NCBI GenBank assembly: GCA_030390025.1
Contig: CM059433.1
Span: 11,596,001 to 11,660,000 of the forward strand
Length of the DNA stretch: 64,000 nt
Origin: Squalus acanthias
Lineage: Eukaryota
Direction: 5' to 3'
The position numbers and the translations under genes are program-made. This document shows positions 60,882-64,000 of the stretch, piece after piece; within the stretch, counting starts at the first letter, position 1; each line of letters starts with the position of its first letter. The notes beneath the pieces were generated by a model that had not been told where the DNA came from, made no database searches, and was given only the letters and a program-made list of their open reading frames with translations.

Positions 60882-61636
60882 GGGGGGAAACTCGGGTTGC
60901 TTTGTGCCTCCCGTTAGTACCCTAAGAGGGCGCTAACGGGGCGCAAAGCAACTGGCGCCCAGGTGCGGCACAACCCATGCCTCCCGCGAAATTCAGCAGG
61001 AGGTTAGTAGTGGCGCTAACCGGTAGCGCCCCGCAGCGCTGCACCGCCGGCGATGACATCGTCGCTGTGCGCAGCGCCCCGCTCGTGCCCCAGCCGCGAT
61101 CTTCGGGAGCGCCCCCTGACTTACCGTCGGACGCTACGTCTGACGGGGTCAGGGGAGCCTATTTGCGGCCGGGGAGGTGCTATTTAAAGGCGAGGTGTGG
61201 GGCGGCCATTTTTGTTGCTGGCCGTCTGCCAGCACCTGCCTGCGCTCCCGTCCTGGACCTCCTGAACGCCCCGCCCCCCCCCCCCCCCCCCCGCTGAGTG
61301 CCGGCTGCGCTCCAAGAGCCCGGCACTTCTCTTGAGTGCCGGGCTCTTTTGCCAGCACTTTGATCCCGGTGGCCCAGCTGGGCCCCGGGTCGCGCTGCGC
61401 AAGGCCCCTCCCCTTTAAGAAGGGGAGGAAGGCCTGCAATACCGCGGCACATAGCGCCGCGATATTGACTCGCAGCGCCCCAAGAGGGATGTGGGGCACT
61501 TCCAGTAGCGCCCTGCTTTCCCTCTTGGGGCGCAACCACTCAATTTCCGGCGCGGGGGCGCTAATTTCACCGGGGAGCTAAAAGTAGCGCCCCGGCAAAG
61601 TTAGCGTCCCATGGGGCGCTACTCAATTTTTAGCCC
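60882..61636. mobile_element. Harbinger MITE
   Basis: High similarity to 7736-8341; TSD not evident. Confidence 0.85.
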
Positions 61637-62228
61637 ATAATCTTAATAGCTCCAACATACATCATGCAATTCAACTGTGATCATTTGCAATTATTCTTCT
61701 CCTTGTCAAAACATCTAAGCCCAAACACAGCTTATAGTTCTGTTATTAATATTGCCTGCTAGAGATCATTACACACAAAATGGGACAGGAGACAAACTCA
61801 AGCTGATACTCACCTTGGGACAAGGCGACGTTCATCTGCTTTGCAGCAAAACACCAACCATGCCTGTTGGAGCGTAAGAGATGCTCGCTCTGATGTAATG
61901 CAGTAACTCGTAATGAAATGATATATAGAGGATCGTTGATTGAGATCCATGAATACACATTTTTTTATTTCACAAATGCAAATAAAAAGGTTTTTGTATT
62001 GATCTCCATGAGTATTCGTTCTATAACACTCTAGAAGTGTGTTACATTAAAAATAGATTTATAATGATTTTTAATTGATCTGTCTTTCAAGATAAAGAAA
62101 TTGGAGATAGCTCTTATGATGTAATCGGTTTACTTGGTTAGCACTTGAGTGTGATTGACATTATTATTTCCAGCAAAATGATCACAATCCGATGTACTAT
62201 GCACAGTCTGTCCAATAATTACCCCAAT

Positions 62229-62945
62229 ATAAGACATAAGAACATAAGAAATAGGAGCAGGAATAGGCCACTTGGCCCCTCGAGCCTGCTCCGCCATTCA
62301 ATAAGATCATGGCTGATCTTGGGCTCAAAGCCACTTCCCCGCCCACTCCCCATAACCCTTCACTCCCTTATCTTGCAAAAATCTGTCTATCTCCACCTTA
62401 AATGTATTTAACGACCCAGCCTCCACAGCTCTCTGGGGCAGAGAATTCCACAGTTTTACGACCCTCTGAGAGAAGAAATTCCTCCTCATCTCAGTTCTAA
62501 AAGGGCGACCCTTTATTCTAAAACTGTGCCCCCGAGTTCTAGATTTCCCCACGAGGGGAAGCATCCTCTCTGCATCTACCTTGCCGAGCCCCCTCAGTAT
62601 CTTATATGTTTCAATAAGATCACCTCTCATTCTTCTAAACTCCAATGAGTATCAGGCCCCAGCCTGCTCAACCTTTCCTCATAAGTCAACCCCCTCATCT
62701 CTGAATTAACCTAGTGAATCGTCTCTGAACTGCCTCCAATGCAAGTATATCCTTCCTTAAATAAGGAGACCAAAACTGTACGCAGTACTCAAGGTGTGGT
62801 CTCACCAATACCCTGTATAGTTGTAGCAGGACTTCCCTGCTTTTATACTCCAACCTCCTTGCAATAAAGGCCAACATTCCATTTGCCTTTTTGATTAATT
62901 GCTGTACCTGCATGCTAACTTTTTGTGTTTCATGTACAAGGACCA
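62229..62945 (-). mobile_element. CR1 3' fragment
   Basis: [15 protein letters not shown] and FFSQRVVKLWNSLP. Confidence 0.92.
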
Positions 62946-62949
62946 AATA

Positions 62950-63655
62950 TTAATTGGGAGATGTGCTAGGAGCGGAGGGGGAGTCCAATATCGCGCGGGA
63001 AACCTGGAAGTACGTTCAGCACGTCTGGTGGTGGCCTTTTAACGCAGCCTCCTCATTATCATTTTACTTCCGGGTTTCCCGTCCAATCAGCAGCAGTGAG
63101 CGTGATGTGGGCCCACATGACGCAATCTCAACTCCAGTATTTAAAGGGACAATCCAAAGATGCAAGCTGGAGGAGTTTGAGTTGGCAGGAAGAGAAGAGA
63201 AGAGGTATCGCAATGGAGTTCAGACGCTCAAAGGCAGCACCCCCCCTCCGCCAATTTACTGACGCCTCCCTGGATGCGCTGCTGGGGGCTGTGAGGAGTA
63301 GGAGAGAGATACTCTTGCCTAGCAACGTGAGGAAGAAACCTGCAGCTGAAACCTAGAAGGTATGGCTGGAGGTGGCAGAGGAGGTCAGCGGCAGGAGCCT
63401 AGTACCACGCTCCTGGATTCAGTGTAGGAAGCGGTTTAATGACCAAAGCAGGTCAGGAAAGGTGATTATAGTGGCACATTCACCTACATCCTGCTGTGCC
63501 CATCGCCCCACCCCCTCACTTTGCCTTCTCAAGCCTACTCCATCATATCACTCCTCACACCCACTTACCTTGCATGTGCACCCATCCCTCTCTTTCTATG
63601 CAGTTCCTCACATCCCCATCTCTCCATCCACCACTCCCACTCACCCTCATCCTTA
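62950..63655 (+). mobile_element. Decayed Harbinger with Myb exon 1 remnant
   Basis: QFTDASLDALLGAV...(stop)...WLEVAEEVSGRSLVPRSWIQCRKRFND followed by a GT donor. Confidence 0.75.
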
Positions 63656-63689
63656 GGCAATTTCATGCCTCGACCGTGTCCGTTCCATT

Positions 63690-64000
63690 TCCCGCACTTC
63701 TGCTCTCACCCCTTCCCCTCCCTCCAAGAATCACGATAGTGTCCCTCTTGTCCTCACCTTCCACCCCACCAGCCTCACATTCAATGGATCATCCTCCATC
63801 ATTTCTGCCACCTCTACATGATCCCACCACCAAACACATCTTCGCCTCCACTCCCATTTCAGCATTCCGAAGGGACCATTCCTTCATGACAACCTGGTCC
63901 ACTCCTCTATCACCTCCAACATCCCCTCCCCTTCCCACGGCACCTTCCTGTGCAAGCGCAGGAGATGCAACACCTGCCCATTCACCTCCTCCCTTCCCAC
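63690..64000 (+). mobile_element. Penelope-like ORF fragment (RT-endonuclease linker)
   Basis: VPLVLTFHPTSL, DPTTKHIF, SAFRRD and GTFLCKRRRCNTCPFT, with frameshifts. Confidence 0.75.

Overview
Repeat-dominated vertebrate DNA. HE1-type V-SINE, SacSINE1-type DeuSINEs and abundant CR1 point to a cartilaginous fish, probably a shark (inference). No host protein-coding gene is recognisable, so the window is probably intronic or intergenic. Main contents: (1) a near-intact 4.2 kb PIF/Harbinger transposon (28787-33021) with a DDE transposase and a convergent three-exon Myb/SANT gene, plus many decayed relatives and MITEs; (2) two Penelope-like (PLE) repeat families that each carry a minimal hammerhead ribozyme motif, several in inverted pairs with target-site duplications (TSDs); (3) a 5'-truncated CR1 LINE with an SGNH-esterase ORF1 and an APE-RT ORF2; (4) a 1.7 kb solo LTR with a 4-bp TSD; (5) many CR1, L2, Tx1 and SINE fragments, a hAT MITE and minisatellites. 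Family names come from motif recognition only, with no database search. Boundaries of decayed fragments are approximate.
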